A stretch of 64,000 nucleotides of DNA from Candidatus Marinacidobacterales bacterium (GCA_965226495.1 OZ245365.1:2880001-2944000), one strand, 5' to 3'. Positions 21,707 to 31,591 are shown, counted from the stretch's first letter. A program made the numbers and translations. The notes: a model not told the origin generated them from the letters alone.

Positions 21707-23751
21707 TCTGCTAGTTTCTTTCGCCTCCGCTCGAGCGAATGCCCGAGCCACACTGCAGCCAGAACTAAGAAAAAGTAGGCTGGCATGACGAATCGCGGTG
21801 CGCGGCCGGAGGCAAAGTTCTGGATGTAGGCGAAGGGAATGAGGTGTCCGAGATAGGCAACCAAGAGAAACCGGAGCGGTGTCGCGACGCTTAGCAGTAG
21901 TCCGGCAACGCCGGCGGCGAGAACAGCGGCGGCGACCAGTGGAAATTCACTCAAACCGCTCCAGAATTTGGTGACAGGCAGTACGGTCAGGCCGCGCAAA
22001 TTCCCCATCAGAAGTTCGCCAATTCCATGGAATTCGGTGACATAGCGGTAGAGGCCTACCTGTCCCAAGCTCGCCGGATTCTCCGTACCCTCCGCCCTCA
22101 ACCAGAATTGCGTGTGAAAGCTAATCGAGTAAAAGGGGTCGCCATGAGCCCGGTAACAATTCACCAAGTAGGGCGCCACCAAAACCGTCATCGTAAGAGC
22201 GGCGACTCCCAACATGGGCCAACCGCCTTGCTTCCGCCTTTCCCAGGTTCCCAATAGAAGGATGGGGAGAACGAGACTCAGCCCGCTGAGTCGAATCAAG
22301 CACACCATCGCCGCGAGAACTCCCGAGATCGCTGCACGCAAAACGGAGGGGCCTCTATACTGGCCGAACACCGACGCCGTAAACAGGATGAGAAAGAATG
22401 CATAAGCGCTCACCCGGTAACCGCTGGGCGCCTCGAAGATTAGCCACTCGTTGACCACCAAAGGCAAGAGCATCGCCGACGCCCACCAACGTCCCACTAC
22501 CGGGACGGCGAGCACGAACGCAAGGGGAAGAACAGCGATCGAAAAAAAGAAGCTCTGGATGAGAATCCCGATCTCCCGTCCACCGGCGAGCGCAACGAAA
22601 AACCTGACGAGCCCAACGTAGAAGGGCTCTCGAAAAGACGCGTCGTAGAAGCCACCGAGGCTCATTGCACCGGCACCGTCCAGATAGCTGCGGACGTCGG
22701 CGCGATACGGATCTTCTGCGAAGTTCGCACGATAGAAGGCGTGGTAGTCCGGCAGGAAAGGCCGCAGCCCCTCGTGCACGGTATTCGCCCATGGGGCGGT
22801 GTCCACGAGTTGAGAGCGAACGAGGAGCGCATCCAATCGTAGCACCGCACCGAGACCGACGAGCAACACGGCAACGCCGACCGGGACCCAACGATCCGTT
22901 CCGCCGGTGGCGAGCCTTTCTTTCCAGAACTGGCGGGACTCCCCGGCAGCAATGACGGAGGCGAAAAACGCTATCCACCATATCTGAAGGAAGACCAAAG
23001 AAACGGCGGCCGCAGTCTCTTTGCTTCTCAACTTGCTGGCCGTCAGCTCGCCTACATCGCCAGCAAGGTAGTGATCGAGCGGAAGGAGTGCCACCAAGGA
23101 GGGTCGGGTCCAACCCACCTGCAACCGCGCCGGCCCGTCGACCTGTTCGAACCTTAGCAAAAAAGGGTGCGCCCCCTCTTCGAGGAAAGCCTCCTCACGC
23201 GAAGACCCGGTCGCACGAGCCAGCCTCTTTCCATCCAAACGAAGCGCGCAGCGATTGTCGCAGTCCAATTCGAACCGATAGACGCCAGCCCGAGGCGCAA
23301 AGAGCGAGCCCGCGATCTCGAGTCGCACATCGCCGCGACGTCCCGCGATCCGGTTGAGGTACTGCCGATTCTCAATAGTTACGGAATCAATACGCCGGTT
23401 GGCCTCGATTTCCGTCCTCTCCTTCGTGACCCGAGAGACGGCAACGGGGAGCGACGCAGCGGGCTCGATGATGCTCGCGCGCCACGAGGTTAAGGACCAG
23501 GCGGTGACGATGAGCCCGGTCGCGACGATGGCGAAATGCAGAGGGCGAGGTTCGCGACCGGAGCGCGGCACCAAGAAGAAGGCCACGAGACTCAAACCAA
23601 GTAATGGCCTGAGATCGACCGATGGAAACGAAAAGGAACCCAGGCTGGCCCCTTGCTCACCGAGAAGCCGGATCCCGGCAATGCCGGCAAGAACAGAAAC
23701 CAAGACTAAACCGCGCTTGCTTCGGGGAAGGAGGAGGACCGATCGAAACAA
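21703..23751 (-). CDS. Membrane protein with PA14-like domain and GT-C-like transmembrane region
   Basis: GSLFAPRAGVYRFELDCDNRCALRLDG...LQVGW (PA14-like); ADVRSY, REPFY, CLIR; many TM helices. Start uncertain. Confidence 0.65.
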   Translation of the reverse strand: MFRSVLLLPRSKRGLVLVSVLAGIAGIRLLGEQGASLGSFSFPSVDLRPLLGLSLVAFFLVPRSGREPRPLHFAIVATGLIVTAWSLTSWRASIIEPAASLPVAVSRVTKERTEIEANRRIDSVTIENRQYLNRIAGRRGDVRLEIAGSLFAPRAGVYRFELDCDNRCALRLDGKRLARATGSSREEAFLEEGAHPFLLRFEQVDGPARLQVGWTRPSLVALLPLDHYLAGDVGELTASKLRSKETAAAVSLVFLQIWWIAFFASVIAAGESRQFWKERLATGGTDRWVPVGVAVLLVGLGAVLRLDALLVRSQLVDTAPWANTVHEGLRPFLPDYHAFYRANFAEDPYRADVRSYLDGAGAMSLGGFYDASFREPFYVGLVRFFVALAGGREIGILIQSFFFSIAVLPLAFVLAVPVVGRWWASAMLLPLVVNEWLIFEAPSGYRVSAYAFFLILFTASVFGQYRGPSVLRAAISGVLAAMVCLIRLSGLSLVLPILLLGTWERRKQGGWPMLGVAALTMTVLVAPYLVNCYRAHGDPFYSISFHTQFWLRAEGTENPASLGQVGLYRYVTEFHGIGELLMGNLRGLTVLPVTKFWSGLSEFPLVAAAVLAAGVAGLLLSVATPLRFLLVAYLGHLIPFAYIQNFASGRAPRFVMPAYFFLVLAAVWLGHSLERRRKKLAD

Positions 23752-23912
23752 GCCAGCATATTGTCACAGTCCGAAAAGGGATTCAAAGCGCCAACGACAC
23801 TAGACGAAGCGGCCCCTCGACAAAATGTCCTATCTATCCTGTCTAATGCCTTTTCTTGCCTATTCTGGGAACTTGCGAAGCGAGAAGCGCTCTGCTTATC
23901 ATGCTCCCCGAC

Positions 23913-24773
23913 ATGGGATTCTTCGCCTCTGCCGTACTCATTGCCACCCTGGCGTTCGCCTCGGCCCCCCAACGTCCCGATGCGCAGCGGCTCATCGAAA
24001 AAGTCATCGTCAACCAAGAAGCTAAACAACAACTACAACGCCAGTACGCCTACCGAGAGACCGTCACCACCGAGTTCTTGCACAAGGACGGGTCGGTCGC
24101 CGAGGTCAAGAGCGAGGCTTTTCAGGTCACCCCGTCCCCCGATGGCGAGTACCGACGCTTGATCGCGAAAGATGGCCAACCCCTTCCGCCCGAAAAAGAG
24201 AAGAAGGAAGAGGATAAATTCCAAAAGTACCTCAAAAAACAACTCAAGCTTTCGTCCGCCGAGCGTGAGCGAAATACAAAGGAGAAATTGGTAGGCCGCC
24301 TCAGTCGCTTTCAGACTCGCCTGCGCGAAGCCTTGGAGGTCTACGAATTCACCGAGCTTCCGCTCGAGAGGGTGCAGGGCAACCGAATCCGTTGCTTCGA
24401 ATTTTCTCCACAGCCCGGCTACAAGGCGCACTCCAAAGGCACAAAAATTCTCAATCGGCTCGAGGGCACGGTTTGGATCGATCCGAAGCAAGCGCAACTC
24501 GTCAGGCTCCACATCATCTTTCGAGAGGACATGAAATTCTTCTTCGGCCTGTTCGGAAGAATAACCAAAGGCTCGGAAGCGGTCGCGGACCGACACCAAG
24601 CGGAGGATGGTCTCTGGCTGCTCGAGAACATTACCGCCTCTCTAGAAGCGCGGCTTTACTTCTTCAAGAAGTACCGGCGAAGGATCACGTACTCCTACTC
24701 CGACTACCAGAAGTACACCGTCGAGACGGATGAAGACGACTTCCGAAAAGTGCCTAGCTCGCCCTCCCCTTAG
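23913..24773 (+). CDS. Secreted hypothetical protein (possibly LolA/RseB-like beta fold)
   Basis: Signal peptide; YAYRE, FEFSPQPGY, LEGTVWID, YSDYQKY. Start chosen among 23856/23901/23913. Confidence 0.65.
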   Translation: MGFFASAVLIATLAFASAPQRPDAQRLIEKVIVNQEAKQQLQRQYAYRETVTTEFLHKDGSVAEVKSEAFQVTPSPDGEYRRLIAKDGQPLPPEKEKKEEDKFQKYLKKQLKLSSAERERNTKEKLVGRLSRFQTRLREALEVYEFTELPLERVQGNRIRCFEFSPQPGYKAHSKGTKILNRLEGTVWIDPKQAQLVRLHIIFREDMKFFFGLFGRITKGSEAVADRHQAEDGLWLLENITASLEARLYFFKKYRRRITYSYSDYQKYTVETDEDDFRKVPSSPSP

Positions 24774-24776
24774 TCG

Positions 24777-26318
24777 TCAGCGTTCGTAAAGGACGTGCCG
24801 TTGCGCCTTCTTGCCAACCGCAACCAAGAACATGACACTCTTCCCACTGGCGTGGGGGGAGAAGAACCGTGTCACGTCGTCGTCGAAGAAAGTTAGTCCG
24901 GTGGCACCGAGCCCCTGCGCGTACGCTGCGAGATAGACTTTTCCCCCGAGGACACCACCCTCGAACTGGGCGGCTCGATAGCCACGGTTTCCGAACCTCT
25001 CTAAGACAGGTTCCAAATCGCACATCGCGTATATGTTCACGCTCGCATCCGCAGCCAGCTCTTGGCCAAGGTCGAGCTGCCCGGCTTCCCGACGGAAGTC
25101 TCCCACCGCGAGCTCGACGAGCGCTCTTTGTCCCCGGTCGTAGAAATAGGCTCCCGACGGCAAACCATCGACCGCATTCACGATGAGGTAGAGATCGTTA
25201 ATGAATGTCCCGAGGGGCTCCAGATAATCGGCGGGAACTCCTTGGGTCGTGCGATCGAGGATCGTGGAAAGTTGATCGAAGGTAATGGGAACGCGGGCGA
25301 ACCGTCGGCTCGAGCCGCGGCGGAGGATCACTTCTTCCAACCGGTCTTTCGACAGGTCCTTCGACGCCAGAGGAATGATGGTCTCCGCACGCTCCGCCTC
25401 CTGCCGCTCCGGTGGAGCTCCTCTCCAGATCGCCACGTCCTTCGCGTTCTCGAGAAACGACGCCCGATGCATCTCTCGAATCTCCGGGTAGTCGACTTCC
25501 GCCGGCGAAAGAGGCACGGTCTCGTACCCCAAGGCCTCCGTTGGGCCGGGCGCAGATGGTGGCGCGAAAGATGTCTTCCCTAGGGCTACCATCCCCAAAG
25601 TCGCTTCCCGGTCGGGGTTCACGTCCAGAAGCCTGTTGATAGGCTCGTCTTCGAAACCCAAGACGACCCGAGACGGAAGCCCCACCCCCGCCGCCTCAGC
25701 CAGGAGGTTTGCCATCAGAGTTCCGCTGTCCCAAAACGAGTGCCGATAGGCCCGCTCCCGGTACTTCCAGGAGTTCCGCCAGAAAGTACTCGTAAAGAGA
25801 ACCACCGCGGGCGCGGACGCTATCGACCGCTCGTTGGCGCTCGCCTCCACCAGGACCGATCGCCAATCACCGGCGCGCAGTTCTCTGAGGCCGAAGTCCG
25901 AAGGACCGAAATGGTACACACCGGCCCCGAGGCCCGGAAGGTGTCCGCAAACCAGATAGAGCTCGATATGATAAAGCGCCCCGGTGCAGGCGGCGGCCCG
26001 AAAGAGAATCTGTCCTCCCGCATGCGTTCTAACCCTGGTAATCCCGGCGGAGTAGTAGAAAATGCGAGCCAGTTCTGCTACATCGGGCAGTCTTTCGGCT
26101 TCGACCTCAACCTCTCCCGCCGCCAAGGCGTCGAGGGCCGGAGCCGATGACATCTCTCGATCACTCGGGAGAGGCAAGGGCTCGAGATCGCGGTAGAGCT
26201 TGAAAGGTAGGGGTTGGTTCGGCCAGTCGAGAAAGTGGGGGGTGGAGTGAAGGCTGGCGTGAGAGTGTTTCGTATCGTCGTGGTAGGTTCTGGCCGCACT
26301 TGTATCGCCATTAACCAT
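24777..26318 (-). CDS. SagB/ThcOx-type tandem nitroreductase-domain dehydrogenase
   Basis: YHDDTKHS, LDWPNQP, FRAAACTGALYHIELY, WKYRERAYR; second domain RRGSSRRF, RGYRAAQFEGG, GATGLTFFDDDV. ATG 26318 avoids overlap with cofE. Confidence 0.85.
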   Translation of the reverse strand: MVNGDTSAARTYHDDTKHSHASLHSTPHFLDWPNQPLPFKLYRDLEPLPLPSDREMSSAPALDALAAGEVEVEAERLPDVAELARIFYYSAGITRVRTHAGGQILFRAAACTGALYHIELYLVCGHLPGLGAGVYHFGPSDFGLRELRAGDWRSVLVEASANERSIASAPAVVLFTSTFWRNSWKYRERAYRHSFWDSGTLMANLLAEAAGVGLPSRVVLGFEDEPINRLLDVNPDREATLGMVALGKTSFAPPSAPGPTEALGYETVPLSPAEVDYPEIREMHRASFLENAKDVAIWRGAPPERQEAERAETIIPLASKDLSKDRLEEVILRRGSSRRFARVPITFDQLSTILDRTTQGVPADYLEPLGTFINDLYLIVNAVDGLPSGAYFYDRGQRALVELAVGDFRREAGQLDLGQELAADASVNIYAMCDLEPVLERFGNRGYRAAQFEGGVLGGKVYLAAYAQGLGATGLTFFDDDVTRFFSPHASGKSVMFLVAVGKKAQRHVLYER

Positions 26319-26358
26319 GACCGCGATGGTAGCACGGCTGTGAGATAATACCGCGCTC

Positions 26359-27120
26359 ATGGCCAAGGTACCCGAGCTTCGCGTCATAGCGATCACCGGC
26401 CTGCCCGAGGTGACGCCCACGAGCGACCTCGTGGGGCTCGTCATCGAAGCCGCCGAACGCCAGGACCTCCGTATCTTGGATGGCGACATCCTCGTGTTCA
26501 CGCAGAAAGTCGTCTCGAAAGCGGAAGGGCGACTGGTTCGGCTTTCCGAAGTGAGGCCGTCCAATTTGGCCGAGGCTTTCGCGCGGGATGGAAACAAGGA
26601 TCCCCGTTCGGTAGAGGTCGTGTTGGGCGAGGCGCGACGGGTAGTCAAAATGGATCGCGGCATACTCATCACTGAAACGCGCCACGGACTGGTCTGTGCC
26701 CACGCCGGCGTGGATGCCTCGAACGTGCCCGACCTCGACACGGTCGTTCTTCTGCCCGAAGATCCCGACCGATCGGCGGCGGGGTTGAGGTCAGCGATCC
26801 GAGAGCGGGCCAACGCCGACGTTGCGGTCATCATCTCGGATACTTTTGGTAGACCCTGGCGAGAAGGTTTGACCAACGTCGCCATCGGTATAGACGGGAT
26901 ATCCCCCTTAGTCGACTACCGAGGCCAACATGACCCGCAAGGTAGATCGCTCAACGCAACCGTTATTGCGGTCGCCGATGAACTGGCGTCGGCGACGGAG
27001 CTGGTAATGGGTAAACTGGATCGCATCCCGGTCGCGCTCATCCGTGGCTATTCGTACCAAACAGATGGCGGCAAGGGCACGGATCTCGTGAGATCAGCGG
27101 ACAAAGATCTTTTTAGATAA
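26359..27120 (+). CDS. cofE: Coenzyme F420-0:L-glutamate ligase
   Basis: GDILVFTQKVVSKAEGR, AGVDASN, LPEDPDRSA, SDTFGRPWREG, AVADELAS, DLFR. Confidence 0.92.
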   Translation: MAKVPELRVIAITGLPEVTPTSDLVGLVIEAAERQDLRILDGDILVFTQKVVSKAEGRLVRLSEVRPSNLAEAFARDGNKDPRSVEVVLGEARRVVKMDRGILITETRHGLVCAHAGVDASNVPDLDTVVLLPEDPDRSAAGLRSAIRERANADVAVIISDTFGRPWREGLTNVAIGIDGISPLVDYRGQHDPQGRSLNATVIAVADELASATELVMGKLDRIPVALIRGYSYQTDGGKGTDLVRSADKDLFR

Positions 27121-27133
27121 CTCGGAGGCTTCA

Positions 27134-27763
27134 TTGAAGATTGCAATACTCGGCGGCACTGGTAAAGAGGGAAAGGGTTTGGCACTCCGCTGGGCGCAAG
27201 GCGGCGAGGAAGTCTTGATCGGTTCGCGGGAGCAGAGTAAGGCGGAGCGGATCGCCGGAGAACTGAACGAGCGGTACGGCAAAGAGGTTTTCCGAGGTTT
27301 CGACAACCGCACCGCCGCTGCCGAAGCCGAGGTCGTGGTGTCCACGCTTCCCCATCAAGGACATCGAGATATTTTGGAGAACATCCGGCCAGAGCTCGAA
27401 AATAAACTCCTTATGGTGGCAACGGTAATCTGGCCCCCCGGCCCTATGGATCGCCCATCGGCCGCCGAGGAGGCACAGACTGCCGTCGGGGTCCAGGTTC
27501 GCGTGGTAGCGGCCTTTCAAACCGTCTCCGCGCTCGCATTGCAAGCGATCGACGAGGAGATGGAAGAGGACGTGTTGGTGTGCGGCGAGGGCGAGGCCTG
27601 CGCAGAAGCCATCCAGTTCATGAGCAAGGCCGGCCTGCGCGGGATCAAGGCCGGCCCTCTCAAACACGCCCGTATCGTAGAGGCGATCACCGCCCTGATG
27701 TTGAAGATCAATAAAGGCTACGGTGTGAAGTCGGCAGGAATCAAAATCACGGGCCTACCGTGA
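27134..27763 (+). CDS. npdG: NADPH-dependent F420 reductase (F420H2:NADP+ oxidoreductase)
   Basis: IAILGGTGKEGKGLALRWA, IGSR, SAAE, VVAAFQTVSA, VEAITALM, AGIKITG. Confidence 0.9.
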   Translation: MKIAILGGTGKEGKGLALRWAQGGEEVLIGSREQSKAERIAGELNERYGKEVFRGFDNRTAAAEAEVVVSTLPHQGHRDILENIRPELENKLLMVATVIWPPGPMDRPSAAEEAQTAVGVQVRVVAAFQTVSALALQAIDEEMEEDVLVCGEGEACAEAIQFMSKAGLRGIKAGPLKHARIVEAITALMLKINKGYGVKSAGIKITGLP

Positions 27764-27918
27764 TCCGGCCCGTCAGGGCCGTCGGCCGGAGAGCCTTCAG
27801 CCGTCGCGCAGGCGCGCAGCCGCCGAAGCGACGAGCCTGGGGGTGGGGCCCCAGGCAATTGATGAATGACGAAAAAAATTCCAGGCCGCGCGTGGGGGTG
27901 GGGCCCCGCGCGCACTAA
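27764..27918. repeat. REP-like intergenic element with two GGGGGTGGGGCCCC hairpin cores (27839-27852, 27894-27907)
   Basis: The same core occurs in reverse orientation near 33050 and 41780. Confidence 0.75.
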
Positions 27919-27921
27919 GCT

Positions 27922-28893
27922 ATGCCGTCTCTAAACTTCGAACTCATCCAAAGCGTGCGGCCTGACGTCGAGACGCGGGCTCGGCGCACACCCCTGGATT
28001 CGTCTCCGGCTTTTTCGCGCGCCTCGGGCCGCGAGATCTACTTGAAGTGCGAGAATCTCCAGCGCACGAACTCCTTCAAGATTCGGGGCGCCACTGCGAA
28101 GATGTCCTCTCTCACCGACGAGGAAAAGCAACGCGGTGTGATGGCCGCGTCGGCCGGCAACCATGGGCAAGGAGTCGCTTTGATCGCCCAGGAGATGGAG
28201 ATCGAAGCGACCATCTATGTTCCCTCCGCCATTCCCGACATCAAACGCGAAGCCATCGAGAGCTACGGGGCCAAAGTAATCCTGAGCGCGGGCGCCGGCT
28301 ATGACGCCGCCGAAGTGGAAGCCTTGGAGGCATGTAAGCGGGAAGGAAAAACTTGGGTCTCTCCCTATGACGACCCTATCGTGCTTGCCGGCGCCGGCAC
28401 TACTGGCTGCGAGATCTTCGAACAGGTCGACGCCTTGGATGCGCTGCTCATCCCAGTAGGCGGCGGCGGGCTTGCGGTAGGTGTCGCGGTCGCGGCCCGC
28501 AAAATGTCACCCTCGACGCGCATCATCGGAGTCAACACTTCGGCCTCTCCGGGCCTCTTCCTCTCGCGCAAGGAGGGAAAGCCCCGACTCACTCTCGATT
28601 CGGAGCCGACGATCGCAGAAGGCCTCGAGGGCGGTATTTCCCAGGGAGCATTCGATCTCACCACTGAGTACATCGACGACATCCTCGTGGCGGAGGAATC
28701 CTCTCTTCCCCGCGCCATCGCGGAAACGCTCAAGGCACACCACTTCGCGATTGAGGGGTCCGCGGCGGTGGTGGTAGCCGCACTACTCGATGGCCTATTG
28801 GAATCGAAGTACCGACGCGTCGCACTCTTGCTGAGCGGCGGCAACATCGAATATGCGAGGCTCAGAAAAATCGTTCAAGAACACGCGTTGTGA
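27922..28893 (+). CDS. PLP-dependent threonine/serine dehydratase family protein without ACT domain
   Basis: LKCENLQRTNSFKIRG, ASAGNHGQGVA, PVGGGGL, LSGGNI. Confidence 0.9.
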   Translation: MPSLNFELIQSVRPDVETRARRTPLDSSPAFSRASGREIYLKCENLQRTNSFKIRGATAKMSSLTDEEKQRGVMAASAGNHGQGVALIAQEMEIEATIYVPSAIPDIKREAIESYGAKVILSAGAGYDAAEVEALEACKREGKTWVSPYDDPIVLAGAGTTGCEIFEQVDALDALLIPVGGGGLAVGVAVAARKMSPSTRIIGVNTSASPGLFLSRKEGKPRLTLDSEPTIAEGLEGGISQGAFDLTTEYIDDILVAEESSLPRAIAETLKAHHFAIEGSAAVVVAALLDGLLESKYRRVALLLSGGNIEYARLRKIVQEHAL

Positions 28894-29032
28894 TGGGGAA
28901 GAGGCCGGCCGCGCTCGATCCCGGAGCGTTCCTCAACGGGGGTGCTAAACCTGAGCGTGGTCAGACGCGGACCGCGTTCGATTTCCGGCGTCACCCGGCG
29001 TGGGTGCCAATCTGAACTTGGCCAGACGCCCG

Positions 29033-29485
29033 TCAGGAAGAGAATGTGTGGTGAGGTCCGGGCTTGTACGCTGGCTCTTCGACGTTGCGCGTATCGGCGG
29101 GCCCTGGCAATTGGTTCTTGCGCGCGCCGTACCCCAATAGATCAACGGCCAGAGTCATCATCACGATCTTTTGGATGAGCTCCTTTTCTGATTGATCTTG
29201 CCCGACGAAAACCAATCCCAGACCGGCGGGGATCACTTTGTGATGACCCTTGATCTCACCACTGCAGCGCGCAACAACCGCCTGTAGCGGTTGGGTCGTG
29301 GCGTCACCGGGGATGTCAAGCTCGAGGTGAACCTTCTCGCCCTTCGGCAATACCAGATCGGTGGCCACGAAGGCACCCGCATTGTTTAGGTCGACCAAGT
29401 GACCATCCACGAGCTGCCCACTCGTGAGGATGCGGACTGTGATCTCCCCTTCTGTACGAACCCTAGGTTGATGGCGTCGATCCAT
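29033..29485 (-). CDS. PilZ-domain protein (c-di-GMP receptor)
   Basis: RRHQPR (RxxxR) and DLNNAGAF (D/NxSxxG-like), GLGLVF. Confidence 0.8.
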   Translation of the reverse strand: MDRRHQPRVRTEGEITVRILTSGQLVDGHLVDLNNAGAFVATDLVLPKGEKVHLELDIPGDATTQPLQAVVARCSGEIKGHHKVIPAGLGLVFVGQDQSEKELIQKIVMMTLAVDLLGYGARKNQLPGPADTRNVEEPAYKPGPHHTFSS

Positions 29486-29514
29486 CCGAGACTCCTTTGA
29501 CCGGTGTTCTAATG

Positions 29515-29530
29515 TGCAAGAGCCGTTCCT
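29515..29530 (-). promoter_or_regulatory. Putative sigma-54 promoter for the PilZ gene
   Basis: Minus strand AGGAACG-gctc-TTGCA has GG-N10-GC spacing and lies about 30 nt upstream of the start codon. Confidence 0.65.
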
Positions 29531-29657
29531 ACCCTCGGCTCGGCGGTCAAATCTCCTATCTCGCTGTTAAATAGCTAGTTACACGCAGCGCCTAGGTTCG
29601 CCGGTGTGGGATTCACACCGCACAGGGAGTTGAAAAGCACACAGCCCGCCGCCCAAC

Positions 29658-29825
29658 TCCGGATGCGGCACGACCTTTCTTGCGTGCACTAGCCGCTGAC
29701 CAAGTCCGGTTCTGGCAAACCGTATTTTGCGTGCCCTAAGATAGCAGGGGAATGCCCAGCCGCTGACTAGGTCCGGCTTTGGCAACCCCTATTTTGCGTG
29801 CCCTAAGATAGTGGGGGCATGCTCA
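29658..29825. repeat. Three imperfect 34-bp repeats (29658, 29705, 29772); the last two lie within a 67-bp tandem duplication
   Basis: Consensus TCCGG-N4-GGCA-N9-TTGCGTGCNCTA, read directly. Confidence 0.85.
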
Positions 29826-29835
29826 GGCGTGACAA

Positions 29836-31422
29836 CTATCGCTGGATCTCGCGGAGACGCTCGTGGACGTCGGGCGCGTCCGCCGATTGGGGAGCCAACT
29901 CCAAGTACTTCTCGAAGAGCTCGGCGGCTCGCCGAAAGTCCCCTTGCCGGTAATAAAGGAGTCCAAGCTCACGGTAGGGATCCGTGAATCCAGGCACGGC
30001 GCTAAGTGCAGCGTCGTATTCTTCGATAGCCCTCTCCACTCCGAGGGGATCGCGCTGATCGCCATAAATGTTTCCAAGATAGAAATGAGAGACCGCGTCG
30101 TTCGGATCTTCTTCGATGAGACGGATCAAGGCTTCCTGCGCGTTAATCGTCTCCTTCCGTTCGTAGTCTGCGATGGCGTTGTGCCGGCGAGCCCCTCGGA
30201 CCTCTCGGGAGTACCTCTCGCGGTTACGACTCAGGGAAGACGGGTCAAACTCTCCACGGTACTTCAAGTTTATCTCACGCGTGAGATTGCTGATGCGAGC
30301 TCGGTGCGTCGAATGATCACTGAAGAGCCAATTCGTGACCGTTTGCTGATCCCGCACATGTTCGCTCAACAGGTGCCAGACCTCCGGGGCTTGAAACGCG
30401 TCGTAGGCGCTACGGAACGCGTAGTGAAGGCCGATGCGATCCGCAGCGTCCTCCTGGTTTCGCCCATGTCCGTTGATGGACGCGTCGAGCGCAAGGGTCG
30501 CCCCGACCTCGAGCAGGACTCGTCCTAGTGAAGCGTCTTCCGCCGAATCCCGTCCCTGGCTATGCTCCATTCCCGCGCCGGCAACTGCCGCACTGAGCGC
30601 CACCCATTGCAACCTCTGAGCCCGCCGGTACCCGCGGTAGCTGTGCTTGTGAGTGATGTGTGCGATCTCGTGACCGAGTACGGTCGCGAGCTGCGCCTCG
30701 TTCTCGAGAGCGGCGAGTAGCCCGGTGTGCACCACGACCGTTCCATCTGGCATGGCGAAAGCATTGATATCGGGGTCGTCCACGATGGCGAAGTTGAATC
30801 TCGCTTGCTCGGCTTCTGCCCAGTCCGGAACCAGACTCTGTCCCACCCGATTGACGTACTCCTGGAGGGACGGATCACTGTAGAACACCAGCTTCTCCTT
30901 GAGCTCCTCGATTTCGTGGGATGCTAAGGTCAGAAAGTCGCGCTCTCCGACCTCGAGGCCAGACGGCTTCACCTCGACGTCCTCGAGCTGGATGGAGCCG
31001 TCGTCCAGGAGTTTCCCGTTGCCCCGAACATGCGCCCCAGGAGCCGTCGCGTTCTTGAACCCTTCTGGCCAACGCACCGTGCGACCGCTGACTTCCGCGC
31101 TCCCTTCTCCGATCGCTTCGATCAAACCGTCCACGCGGAGCTCCTTGAAACGCTCGGTCAGGACTTCGAGCCGGCTAGCCCAGAGCGCTTCTCCTTTGGA
31201 TTCGCCCTCGACGGTAACCTCCCAGCCGATGCGAAGATCGGTTGGCAGAATGTCCGGATGGTTGAGACGCTCGATGCGGGTGGTCGGAAGGAGATGGACA
31301 TCGACTCCCTCCACCACAATCGTCGGGCCTTGAACGTCCCAGATGTAGCCATGGAGCGTCGCGGCCACCGCCGGGGTGGTAAGGAACGGGAACAAAACCA
31401 GCAGCCGAACGGCCTTGAGCAA
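29836..31422 (-). CDS. M48 family metalloprotease with N-terminal DUF5666-like domains and C-terminal TPRs
   Basis: INAFAMPDG, LGHEIAH (HExxH), QEDAADRIG, SDH; TPR-like tail. Confidence 0.88.
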   Translation of the reverse strand: MLKAVRLLVLFPFLTTPAVAATLHGYIWDVQGPTIVVEGVDVHLLPTTRIERLNHPDILPTDLRIGWEVTVEGESKGEALWASRLEVLTERFKELRVDGLIEAIGEGSAEVSGRTVRWPEGFKNATAPGAHVRGNGKLLDDGSIQLEDVEVKPSGLEVGERDFLTLASHEIEELKEKLVFYSDPSLQEYVNRVGQSLVPDWAEAEQARFNFAIVDDPDINAFAMPDGTVVVHTGLLAALENEAQLATVLGHEIAHITHKHSYRGYRRAQRLQWVALSAAVAGAGMEHSQGRDSAEDASLGRVLLEVGATLALDASINGHGRNQEDAADRIGLHYAFRSAYDAFQAPEVWHLLSEHVRDQQTVTNWLFSDHSTHRARISNLTREINLKYRGEFDPSSLSRNRERYSREVRGARRHNAIADYERKETINAQEALIRLIEEDPNDAVSHFYLGNIYGDQRDPLGVERAIEEYDAALSAVPGFTDPYRELGLLYYRQGDFRRAAELFEKYLELAPQSADAPDVHERLREIQR

Positions 31423-31520
31423 GAGTTACGCCCTCACATGGAAGAAATCGTGGTCGATGGTAGCACTCACGGGAACCTTCGCCAACACATCAGGAGGGAG
31501 TTGCAAAAGAGGGGCGAGAC

Positions 31521-31553
31521 AAAAAAAGAGGGAGCTGGTTGCTCCCTCTTTTT
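31521..31553. terminator. Intrinsic terminator, bidirectional type
   Basis: AAAAAGAGGGAGC-tggtt-GCTCCCTCTTTTT. Confidence 0.85.
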
Positions 31554-31591
31554 CCATAATCGTTTGAGACGACTTCGCAGAATGGCCGCTG

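Noticed and set aside
24777-26318. RiPP (azole peptide) cluster implied by the SagB-type enzyme
   Set aside because: No YcaO, precursor peptide or exporter nearby.
26319-26885. 189-aa N-terminal extension of the nitroreductase ORF
   Set aside because: It is antisense to cofE; family similarity starts at ATG 26318.
29658-29825. Possible CRISPR mini-array
   Set aside because: Repeats are degenerate, spacers are 13 and 33 nt and partly duplicated themselves, and there are no cas genes.
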